Shown here: positions 50,064-60,077 of the stretch, piece after piece
Numbering within the stretch: the first letter of the stretch is position 1
How the letters are laid out: the number at the start of each line of letters is the position of its first letter
Assembly (NCBI GenBank): GCA_021151535.1
Contig: JAGKXC010000003.1
Location: 1 to 62,388, forward strand
Direction: 5' to 3'
DNA length: 62,388 nucleotides
From: Sphingobacteriia bacterium
GTDB taxonomy: Bacteria > Bacteroidota > Bacteroidia > NS11-12g > UBA955
Notes under the pieces: model-generated
Told to the model about the DNA's origin: nothing
Database searches by the model: none
Seen by the model: the letters and a program-made list of their open reading frames with translations, nothing else
Position numbers and translations under genes: made by a program

Positions 50064-50978
50064 ATGTTTAATCTCAAAAGTAAGGTAAAGGCAATATCAG
50101 AGCAGTTAGTTTTGAAAATGCGCAGGGGGTTAGGGAATCGATGGGTTTCTTTTAAAAGTGCATGGCAATTTGTTATAGTTGTGTTTTTAATTGCAGGTTT
50201 ACCTGCCGCAAAAAGTGTACGTGTGGTAACGGGTCTTAAAACAATCGTTATCGATGCGGGTCATGGCGGAGTAGATCCAGGATGTAATGGCGCAAATGAA
50301 ATTACAGAGAAACAAGTTACGCTTGGCGTAGCGATGAAATTAGGGAAGTTTTTGGCAGACAGCATGCCATCCGTTAAAGTAATCTATACGAGAACTACGG
50401 ACAAGTCGTTGAAATTGTGGGAAAGACCTTATTTAGCGAATAAGAATGCGGCCGATTTATTTATTTCAATTCATTGTAACGCAAACAATAATACTGGAGC
50501 AGCAGGTAGTGAAACTTATTTTATGGGTTTACACAAATCGGAGGGCAATTTAGAAGTGGCAAAGCGAGAAAATTCAGCTATTACTTACGAGGCCGATTAT
50601 CAAAGTAATGAGCGATATGGAGGATTTGATCCAAATTCACCTGAGGGGCACATTATTTTTTCATTGGTACAAAATGCCTTTATGAAGCAAAGTTTAAAGT
50701 TGGCTACGAAAATTGAGAGTGAAACAGGAAAAATTAGTGCTATTAAAAGCAGGGGAGTAAAGCAAGCCGGTTTTTTGGTGTTATGGCAGACATCTATGCC
50801 GAGTGTACTAGTAGAAACTGGATTTTTGACCAATTCAAATGATAGAAAGGTTTTAAAAACTGAGGAGGGTCAACGAAAAATCGCACAAGGAATTTTTCGT
50901 GCAATTAAAGATTATAAGAGTTCTTTGGAGGCGATACAGTCAAATGAGACTCCTAACTCAGTGGGAGGCAATCCCTAA
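50064..50978 (+). CDS. N-acetylmuramoyl-L-alanine amidase (Amidase_3)
   Basis: IVIDAGHGGVDPG, EK..TL, ADLFISIHCNA, AKREN, RGVKQAGFLVL, MPSVLVETGFLTN. The start may be ATG 50118. Confidence 0.94.
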   Translation: MFNLKSKVKAISEQLVLKMRRGLGNRWVSFKSAWQFVIVVFLIAGLPAAKSVRVVTGLKTIVIDAGHGGVDPGCNGANEITEKQVTLGVAMKLGKFLADSMPSVKVIYTRTTDKSLKLWERPYLANKNAADLFISIHCNANNNTGAAGSETYFMGLHKSEGNLEVAKRENSAITYEADYQSNERYGGFDPNSPEGHIIFSLVQNAFMKQSLKLATKIESETGKISAIKSRGVKQAGFLVLWQTSMPSVLVETGFLTNSNDRKVLKTEEGQRKIAQGIFRAIKDYKSSLEAIQSNETPNSVGGNP

Positions 50979-51018
50979 GAGTTTTTTTTAAAAAATCTTA
51001 CTTTTTTTTACAATTTTC

Positions 51019-51046
51019 TTGCAACCTTTTGCAGAATTCACGTCAT
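51019..51046 (+). promoter_or_regulatory. ECF sigma-type promoter identical in motif and spacing to that at 3582-3609
   Basis: TTGCAACCTTTtgcagaattcaCGTCAT, ending 27 nt before ATG 51074. Confidence 0.7.
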
Positions 51047-51073
51047 TTGTGAAAACTAACCTAAATTTTTTCT

Positions 51074-54000
51074 ATGAAATCAACAATTACAAAACTCAAA
51101 AGCCTTGTGTTTTCAGCTGTTTTGCTGGGGGGATTCCTCTCAACGGCAACGGTGAAAGCACAGTGTCCCACGGCATGCGCGGGGCAAAACTCTTGGGGTT
51201 GCGGTGGCGCACTAGTAGGTAGCGGTACTGATTACCCAGGAGACATCCTTGCTGTTTCGGTAAAGGATGCAAAGGGTACTTCATTAGCTTCTTACAGTGG
51301 ATTGGGGTGTACTAGTTACACTGCATCTTCTACTTACAAAGGGGTTTTAAACCAAGGTAAGGCATTCGACGTTACTGCGGGTGAAGTTATCAGTGTTACT
51401 GTGGATGGTGGTACTTGGGCTTCTCAAAGCTGGGGTACACGTGTAGGTATTTGGATTGACGCTAACCGTGATGGTCAGTTTGGTCAAACTGAGTGCTTGG
51501 TAGATCCTAACACAAACATTGCTTCTGGTCCAACTACTTACAATTTGACTATGCCATGTTGGAAAACAACTGGTTGTAGTTACATGCGTATCCGAGGTGG
51601 TGCTTCTGTTTACACATTGAACAACACTATGGGTTGTAACACACAGAACACATACGGAAACGTGTTGGATTTGGAATTGAACTTGAAATTGGGTGCAACT
51701 CCAGTTGCTAATTTCACCGTTCCTTCTTCCAACAATTATGTGAATCAATTGGTTAAATTTAATGCAGTTAATCCAAGCAATGGTTATTTGTATAAGTGGA
51801 CTTTCGATAAGGCTGCAACACCTCCGTATACTGGTTACAGTAATACTACAGCAAAAGGTGCGGCAACTTGGAAGAGTTCTGCCAATGGTGGCCCTGGCCC
51901 AGGTAAGTATGATGTGAAATTATTGGTTTCATATTGCGGTCTTGCAGACTCAATTACCAAGCAGGTAACAATTGTTAATCCTACAAGTACGCCAAAAGCA
52001 GATTTTATTGCTTCTTCTAATGAAGTAGAAATCTATTTCGATGTACAAATGTTTGATTTGAGTAATCAAGGTGCTTACAAATGGAGTTGGGAATTATATT
52101 CTCCAACAGGTATCGATGACCAAACTGCTACTGTACAGAACCCTAAATTCACTTTACAAGAGACTGGCTGGTACAAAGTATGTTTAACCAGTGAGAACGA
52201 CTTAGGTGCTTCTAATAAATTGTGTAAGGATCGTTACATTGAGTGTATCAACCCTACAGAATATATCATGGGTCCTCAACACGAGACTCAAGCAAAATCA
52301 GGTACAATCTATGATCATGGTTATACTTCTCCTTACAGCAATAACCGTAAGAGAACTATTGACTATTTCAAAATTGTTCCTTGTGGTGCTGAAAAAATCA
52401 CATTGACATTCGCACAATTGAAATTAGCTGATGCTGGTGACATTTTGAGAATCTATGATTACAGTGAAGAAAATCCAAATAAATTGGTTGCTACAATCAA
52501 TGGAACGAATGTTTCTAAATACGACACAGCTAAAATTGTTTTAACAAGTGGTGTTGGTTATTTAACTTTTGAATCAAATGGTACTGGTACTGATGCTGGT
52601 TATATTATTAATTTCGAAGCGAAATTGAAGCCTGCCATTAAGCCAGAAGCTGATTGGTACACTGAATTTTTGCCTATTGCTACTGGAACTACTGTAGATT
52701 TCTTGAATACTTCTAAGAATGCTTTGGGTATCCCTGAGTATGAGTGGACTGTATTAGACTATACAGGTGATCCTGATTTCGGCGCAGTAACTGCTCCTGC
52801 TTTGAGTAAAGATTTTTCTTATACTTTCAATTCAACAGGTGATTTCCACTTAATGTTGGTTGCAAGAACTTGTACTGGTGTAGATACTGTCATTAAGAAG
52901 TTTAACGTTTACACTCCAACAGGTCCAGGCAACTTGGATTATGTTGCCTCTAATGTTCGTCCAAACGTAAATGACGTAATTAAAATCACAACTAAAACTG
53001 ATTTCGCTACTAACTTTGAATGGAACATTTTCCCTACAACTTTCACTTATGAAAATGGTACTAGTTCAACTAGCAAAAATCCTGAAATTAAATTCACAAA
53101 AGGTGGTGCTTACACATTCACTTTAACTGCTTATAATTCTCCAGGTGGTCAGTCAGCTACTACTAAGAAAGTAATTAAGAACAAGTATGTTATCGTATTA
53201 GACTATTGTATTCCTTTGGTTGATATCCAGTCTTCTGACGTAGGTATTAACAAAGTTGTGTTAAGCAAAGATTCTAAGTCTTTGATGACAAACGAATCAG
53301 AAGCCGGTGCTTCGCCATACACTGATTACAGTGATGATGCTGACATGATTGTTCCTGTTTTAACTTTCGGTGCGGAGTATGAAGTAGAAGTTACTAGAAA
53401 CACTATTTCTAACGATGTTAACTATAAAGTTTGGATCGACTTCAACATTGATGGTGATTTCAATGATGCTAACGAAGAAGTATTAACCAGCGGTAAAATT
53501 TCTTCTGCTTCTACATCTGCTAAGTTTAAAGTTCCAACTTTGGCTAACAGTTTTGAAGGTAGAGCACGCATGCGTGTAGGTGTTTCTTATTCTGACTTCA
53601 GCAACACTCCTTGTGGTGTGAACACTGTAGGTGAATTTGAAGACTATGCTATTGTTTTAGCTAACGACAATTTGCCTCCATCAATTACTTTGATTGGTTC
53701 TGATACAGTAAGAGTTGAGAAGTCTACAACCAAGACTGCTTGCTATCAAGAAATTGCAACGAAGACTTATAAGGCTTCTGACCCAACTGAAGGTGACATG
53801 ACAAGCCAAGTAGTTGTTAAAACCGATTTGGATTGCACAGCTCCTGGTATTTATACTTTCGAATTCAATTTGCAAGATGCTTCTGGTAACAAAGCTATCA
53901 CTCGCACTCGTACAGTAATTGTTGCATTAGACAAAACAGCTCCTGTTTTAACATTGAACGGAAACGACACCATTGTTCTTGAACAGTGTGATGTTTACAA

Positions 54001-55210
54001 TGAGTCTGGTGCAGTTGCAATTGACGCTATTGACGGTAACTTGACATCAACTGTTAAGATTTCTGGTGAAGTTAAGTCTGGAGAAGTAGGTAACTATTTG
54101 TTAACTTATTCAGTAAAAGATGCGCAGTCTAACTCTTCATCAATTACTCGTTTGGTTATCGTAAAAGACACTAAAGCTCCTCATATTTTGAAATTGAATA
54201 GCAATATTGTTGACGGTACTGAAATTCAAGTTCAAATCGCTAGCGTATTCGTAGATGATATCTATGCAATGGATGAGTGTAATGGTGGTATCACAGTTAA
54301 CAAAACTCCTGGTTTCAAAGGACAAGTAAATACAAACGCACGTGGTACATATCCTATTACTTATTCTGCAGCTGACCCATCTGGTAATAAAGCAGTTGAA
54401 AATGGATATGTAATCAACTACCGTGTAGACGATTATATCGCTCCTGAAATCAACTTAAACACTTCAGATACAGTAATTCACGACGTTAACGAGCCTTACT
54501 ATAGCCGTAGCGTAACTGTAACTGACAACTACTATGATAAGACTCAGGTTTCTGTTACCAAAGTTGGTAAAGTGGATCCTTTGAAGTTGGGTACTTATGT
54601 TGAAACTTTCACTGCAACTGATGCTTCTGGTAACTCTATCACTAAGCAACGTTTCATTAAAGTTGTTGACCGTGTAGCACCAACTATCACTGCTCCTCCA
54701 GTATCTGCTTGTGTTGGTACTCCTTTCTGGGCAATGAGTGGTTTGATTTTACGTGATAACTACTATTCTTCTGGTGACTTGACTCCATTGGTTAAAGTAT
54801 TAGGTACTAACATCAACATCTATGAGGCTGGTGTTTACTATATCAACTATGCATTAACTGATCCTTCAGGTAACGAAGCTACTATCGTATCTCGTACAGT
54901 TTATGTTCAATATGCTCCAAACTGTGGTAACACTTATTTGGAAACTGAGAACGTAACTCTTGAGAATGCTGTAAACATCTACCCTAACTCTTCTACAGGT
55001 TTGTTCAACATGTCATTTGCCTTGAACAACCAGAAGCCAGTTATGGTACAAGTAACAAACGCTTTGGGTGCAGTTGTTAAATCAATCAACAACGTATCTG
55101 GGTTTGGTGTTACTGAATTGGATTTGACTGGTGTAGCTCCTGGTATCTACAACGTGTCTATTTCTAATAATGGTGAAGTAGCTACTAAGCGTGTAGTTGT
55201 AACCCGCTAA
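51074..55210 (+). CDS. Large T9SS type A surface protein: GEVED, PKD, CUB-like, PKD, GEVED, 5x DUF5011/Ig-like, CTD
   Basis: Signal peptide; IWIDANRDGQF...MRIRG and VWIDFNIDGDFND...RMRV...GEFEDY (GEVED); SGTIYDHG...ITLTF...DILRIYD...LTFESNG (CUB-like); five D..AP.I.L repeats with GxYxxTY...DxSGN; C-terminal IYPN...LDLTGVAPGIYNVSI...KRVVV. Confidence 0.88.
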   Translation: MKSTITKLKSLVFSAVLLGGFLSTATVKAQCPTACAGQNSWGCGGALVGSGTDYPGDILAVSVKDAKGTSLASYSGLGCTSYTASSTYKGVLNQGKAFDVTAGEVISVTVDGGTWASQSWGTRVGIWIDANRDGQFGQTECLVDPNTNIASGPTTYNLTMPCWKTTGCSYMRIRGGASVYTLNNTMGCNTQNTYGNVLDLELNLKLGATPVANFTVPSSNNYVNQLVKFNAVNPSNGYLYKWTFDKAATPPYTGYSNTTAKGAATWKSSANGGPGPGKYDVKLLVSYCGLADSITKQVTIVNPTSTPKADFIASSNEVEIYFDVQMFDLSNQGAYKWSWELYSPTGIDDQTATVQNPKFTLQETGWYKVCLTSENDLGASNKLCKDRYIECINPTEYIMGPQHETQAKSGTIYDHGYTSPYSNNRKRTIDYFKIVPCGAEKITLTFAQLKLADAGDILRIYDYSEENPNKLVATINGTNVSKYDTAKIVLTSGVGYLTFESNGTGTDAGYIINFEAKLKPAIKPEADWYTEFLPIATGTTVDFLNTSKNALGIPEYEWTVLDYTGDPDFGAVTAPALSKDFSYTFNSTGDFHLMLVARTCTGVDTVIKKFNVYTPTGPGNLDYVASNVRPNVNDVIKITTKTDFATNFEWNIFPTTFTYENGTSSTSKNPEIKFTKGGAYTFTLTAYNSPGGQSATTKKVIKNKYVIVLDYCIPLVDIQSSDVGINKVVLSKDSKSLMTNESEAGASPYTDYSDDADMIVPVLTFGAEYEVEVTRNTISNDVNYKVWIDFNIDGDFNDANEEVLTSGKISSASTSAKFKVPTLANSFEGRARMRVGVSYSDFSNTPCGVNTVGEFEDYAIVLANDNLPPSITLIGSDTVRVEKSTTKTACYQEIATKTYKASDPTEGDMTSQVVVKTDLDCTAPGIYTFEFNLQDASGNKAITRTRTVIVALDKTAPVLTLNGNDTIVLEQCDVYNESGAVAIDAIDGNLTSTVKISGEVKSGEVGNYLLTYSVKDAQSNSSSITRLVIVKDTKAPHILKLNSNIVDGTEIQVQIASVFVDDIYAMDECNGGITVNKTPGFKGQVNTNARGTYPITYSAADPSGNKAVENGYVINYRVDDYIAPEINLNTSDTVIHDVNEPYYSRSVTVTDNYYDKTQVSVTKVGKVDPLKLGTYVETFTATDASGNSITKQRFIKVVDRVAPTITAPPVSACVGTPFWAMSGLILRDNYYSSGDLTPLVKVLGTNINIYEAGVYYINYALTDPSGNEATIVSRTVYVQYAPNCGNTYLETENVTLENAVNIYPNSSTGLFNMSFALNNQKPVMVQVTNALGAVVKSINNVSGFGVTELDLTGVAPGIYNVSISNNGEVATKRVVVTR

Positions 55211-55226
55211 TAAATTTTGATTTCAT

Positions 55227-55261
55227 AAAAAAAGGCTCTGCGAAAGCAGGGCCTTTTTTTT
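55227..55261 (+). terminator. Rho-independent terminator
   Basis: AAAAAAAGGCTCTGC-gaaa-GCAGGGCCTTTTTTTT. Confidence 0.9.
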
Positions 55262-55388
55262 GCTCTGTTAAGGAGTTTCAACGATAAATACATATTTTTT
55301 TCGGTTTTTAGATGAGTGATACATTCTTTTTGTTAATTTTAAATCATACAGTTTCTTTTTCCATTAATTTTGTTACATATTAATTGCC

Positions 55389-56363
55389 GTGTTTAGTAAA
55401 ATTTCAAATGAGTTTAAAGTAGGTGTTTTAACTGTTATCGCTGTTACCCTATTAATTATTGGTTATAACTTTATGATGGGTAGAGATAACTTGTTAAGTA
55501 GAGGCAGGCAATACCATGTGATGTATACAAATACCCAAGGATTAAGCGTGGGTACAGCATTGATGTATAACGGCTATCGAATCGGAGTGTTGAGAAAATT
55601 ACAAATGGTAGAAAATGGTGAAATGATTGAGGCTACTATTGAAGTTAGTAGTGATTTGCCTATTCCCGCTAACTCAAAAATTAAATTACAATCTGATCTT
55701 TTGGGTGGAGTAACTTTACTTTTGTTAAAGGGCGACGCAAAAAACTTGGCAGATGATGGGGATCAGTTACAAGCTGAATACTCAAAAGATATTTTTAATG
55801 TGATTAATAGTAGAGTAGTTAATTTAAGTAATAGTGCCGATTCCTTATTTTCTACATTAAATCAATTTTTTCATTCCAAAGACTTGACAGCTGCTATCGG
55901 TAGTTTACCTGGTACAATTAATGAATTGCAGTTGGCTATAAAGACATTGAGAGAAACTGTTTCCAATATGTCTCCAAACATAAATAATACGATGTCAAAC
56001 TTGAGTGCTTTTTCAAATAATTTTGCAGTGTACGACAAAGAGTTAAAGGAAAGTTTAGGTCATATTAACACTGCTGGTAAGCAGCTGGATTCTGTTCAAA
56101 TAAAAGCTTTGGTTTCTAATTTAAGTAATGCGTCTGCACAAATATCTTCTATTATGGAGAAAGTGGGTAAGGGCGAAGGAAGCTTAGGTAAATTAGTGAA
56201 TGATGATAAGTTTTATACTGATCTTCAAAAGACCAATTTGGATTTACAAAAGTTGGTTTTGGATTTGAAGAAGTATCCTGAAAAATATGTTCCTGTTCCT
56301 GGTACTAAAAAGCAGCGTAAAAAGGCTAAAAAGGCAAGTGCTGCGGATTCCTCGGTGTGGTAA
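55389..56363 (+). CDS. mlaD: MlaD/MCE family protein
   Basis: EFKVGVL TM anchor, GLSVGTALMYNGYRIG, IPANSKI..DLLGG, helical tail GEGSLGKLVND...DLKKYPEKYV. Confidence 0.88.
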   Translation: MFSKISNEFKVGVLTVIAVTLLIIGYNFMMGRDNLLSRGRQYHVMYTNTQGLSVGTALMYNGYRIGVLRKLQMVENGEMIEATIEVSSDLPIPANSKIKLQSDLLGGVTLLLLKGDAKNLADDGDQLQAEYSKDIFNVINSRVVNLSNSADSLFSTLNQFFHSKDLTAAIGSLPGTINELQLAIKTLRETVSNMSPNINNTMSNLSAFSNNFAVYDKELKESLGHINTAGKQLDSVQIKALVSNLSNASAQISSIMEKVGKGEGSLGKLVNDDKFYTDLQKTNLDLQKLVLDLKKYPEKYVPVPGTKKQRKKAKKASAADSSVW

Positions 56364-56433
56364 TTGTTATTTATTATTGAACTGCTTGTATCCATATAAC
56401 GCTTTGTAATAGCGGAATAGTGACACAAGAAAT

Positions 56434-57132
56434 TTACCTTTTTCTTTCATATAAGGCTATTAAAATAACCATATATAACAAATGGTAAAAAAAGTCTTCA
56501 AAGGGGATAGTTCCAATTCTAATACCTAGATTTTCAAGTTCATTGTATATAAGTACGGGTTTCCCAGTTAAAATACCATTAACATAACTCATAGGTAATA
56601 AACATATCGCCCATGAAATATATAATCTAAGCAAATATTTCTTTTTGTTCAGTTCTGTGTATAGAATTCCACCAATTAATAAACTAAATGTGATTATTGT
56701 GTAGAGGTGAGTTGGCTTGTAAACGATGGATGAAAATGAAATCGCTATTATGATTATAGAAACTAATCGCGATAAGTTAGGATATTCTTGAGATTGGATT
56801 TTCGGAAAATATGATTCAATGCAGGCGTATATGAATGAACTGGCATATGGAACAACAAAGAAAAATCCATATTCTTCTATTGGCAGATTGAAAATATCTA
56901 TTCCAATTAAATAGGGTGCATTAAATCTCCAAACTCCTAATTTGGTAAAAATAATATCCCAGATGATATAAAATGTTGATGCGACGACAATAGGTAAAAT
57001 TAATTGTTTCCAACTTTTATAGAAAGCAACTCTTTTGTCGAATGATAAACAAAAAGGACCCATAACTGATAAAATCAGTAGAGTGAGGTAAGTGTATTTT
57101 GACGGTAGTCCAAATGTTATTTCATACCACAT
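56434..57132 (-). CDS. Lycopene cyclase domain protein (CrtYcd/CarR-type, two repeats)
   Basis: LSFDKRVAF, FYIIWD...GVWRFN...LPIEEYGFFFVVPY and NGILTG...YN..ENLGIRIGTIPFEDFFY. Confidence 0.88.
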   Translation of the reverse strand: MWYEITFGLPSKYTYLTLLILSVMGPFCLSFDKRVAFYKSWKQLILPIVVASTFYIIWDIIFTKLGVWRFNAPYLIGIDIFNLPIEEYGFFFVVPYASSFIYACIESYFPKIQSQEYPNLSRLVSIIIIAISFSSIVYKPTHLYTIITFSLLIGGILYTELNKKKYLLRLYISWAICLLPMSYVNGILTGKPVLIYNELENLGIRIGTIPFEDFFYHLLYMVILIALYERKR

Positions 57133-57142
57133 GGGTTGTGTT

Positions 57143-57682
57143 TTAAGCTACTTGGAAACCAAATGCAATACCATAATCTTTTAATTTGTTGCGAAGGATT
57201 CTACGTGCTACGAAAATACGGGTTTTTACTGTACCTATTGGAATCTGAAGTTCTTCAGCGATTTCATGGTATTTAAAACCTTCCGCATTTAACTTAAATG
57301 TGACCTTTAATTCAACAGGCAAAGATTCAACGGCATTGTCTAAATCTTTGCGAATGAATTTCAGTTCGGCTTCATTTTCTGTTCTGTGTGAGGGAAGATC
57401 CAAAAAATATGTATTTTCGGTGCTATCCAGGAAGGTATTGCGTTTAGCGTCTCTTCTATAGTTATTAATGAAACTATTTTTAAGGATGGTGTAAAGCCAT
57501 CCTCTGAGATTAGTCCCTTCTTGAAATCTATCTTTATAACGATATGCCTTAAGTACAGTTTCCTGAACAAGATCTTTTGTTTGTTCCATATCGTGGGTTA
57601 ATGATAAAGCGTAGTTTCTTAGCGGAAACAATTCGTTTGCTATCATACCGTCGAATTCTGTTTGTTGAATGAATGTACCCAT
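57143..57682 (-). CDS. ECF sigma factor of the type found in Bacteroidota carotenoid clusters
   Basis: DLVQETVLKAYRYKDRF..GTNLRGWLYTILKNSFINNYRR; GFKYHEIAEELQIPIGTVKTRIFVAR; 10 nt upstream of the lycopene cyclase gene. Confidence 0.93.
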   Translation of the reverse strand: MGTFIQQTEFDGMIANELFPLRNYALSLTHDMEQTKDLVQETVLKAYRYKDRFQEGTNLRGWLYTILKNSFINNYRRDAKRNTFLDSTENTYFLDLPSHRTENEAELKFIRKDLDNAVESLPVELKVTFKLNAEGFKYHEIAEELQIPIGTVKTRIFVARRILRNKLKDYGIAFGFQVA

Positions 57683-57685
57683 ATC

Positions 57686-58039
57686 TTAAACAAAGGTCAT
57701 GTTTTGTATAAGAGTTTGCAAGTAATTTTGTTTAATAAATTGATTTAAAAGTTAAACAAAAAGTTGACGTTTTTATTTTTGGATGAAAGTGCCGTTTTGT
57801 CGGACGAAAGTACTTTGGATTGGGCTTATAACGATATTGTATGCCGAATGCCTTGTTTTTATTGGTTTTTTTCACCTTTTGATTGTTAGGTTTTTTTTGT
57901 AAGTGTTGTGATTTGGTGAATTTGTTTTAATCTATTTGTTTAATTAATGTGCTATATGCTTAAACAAAAGGAATAAATGTTTTTGTTAAACAAAATTGAA
58001 TTTGAAGTGGTTAATGTTGTGTTTATCAGTTTTGTTTAA
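57686..58039. promoter_or_regulatory. Array of TTAAACAAA/TTTGTTTAA operator-like sites
   Basis: Half-sites at 57686, 57727, 57752, 57935, 57960, 57986 and 58031. Two pairs form TTTGTTTAA-N16-TTAAACAAA. Confidence 0.6.
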
Positions 58040-58163
58040 AATTTGATTGATATTGTGTTAAATCTAAAAGCACTTTATGATCGTTTGGTTCTTTTAAATC
58101 TACTAAACTTAAATATGATTATTCTGGGTACAAGATTGGATTGACACCGTAGGAATAGGGTAC

Positions 58164-58201
58164 AAAAAGAAAGGCCACCTAATTAGGTGGCCTTTCTTTT
58201 T
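58164..58201 (-). terminator. Intrinsic terminator after atpD-atpC (perfect palindrome)
   Basis: AAAAAGAAAGGCCACCTAA|TTAGGTGGCCTTTCTTTTT. Confidence 0.9.
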
Positions 58202-58221
58202 TGTAGTATTAAGTATTTGGT

Positions 58222-58452
58222 TTAAACCAAAACAATAACTTTATTGGATACAACTTCAACCAAACCGCCAGATACGGGGAAGGAGTGCTGACCTTCGTTG
58301 CTTTTAATTTCAACGTTTCCCGATTGGAGGTTTGCAATCATAGCAGCGTGGTTATTCATTATCTGAAAGCTACCATTCACGCCTGGTAAAGTTACCAAAC
58401 TTGCTTCGCCTGCAAACAGGGTTGTATCTGGAGTTAAAATTTCTACTTGCAT
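58222..58452 (-). CDS. atpC: ATP synthase F1 epsilon subunit (short form)
   Basis: VEILTPD...VTLPG..GSFQIMNNHAAMI...VSGGLVEV; downstream of atpD. Confidence 0.93.
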   Translation of the reverse strand: MQVEILTPDTTLFAGEASLVTLPGVNGSFQIMNNHAAMIANLQSGNVEIKSNEGQHSFPVSGGLVEVVSNKVIVLV

Positions 58453-58466
58453 ATTTTCGAGAATAA

Positions 58467-60044
<1,578 letters not shown>

Positions 60045-60077
60045 CTATTGAATTTGCGTAACTTCGCGCACTTTATC

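Noticed and set aside
57686-58039. Repeats considered as a CRISPR array, iterons or IS ends
   Set aside because: The units are only 9-10 bp, occur in both orientations and are irregularly spaced, with no cas, rep or transposase gene nearby.
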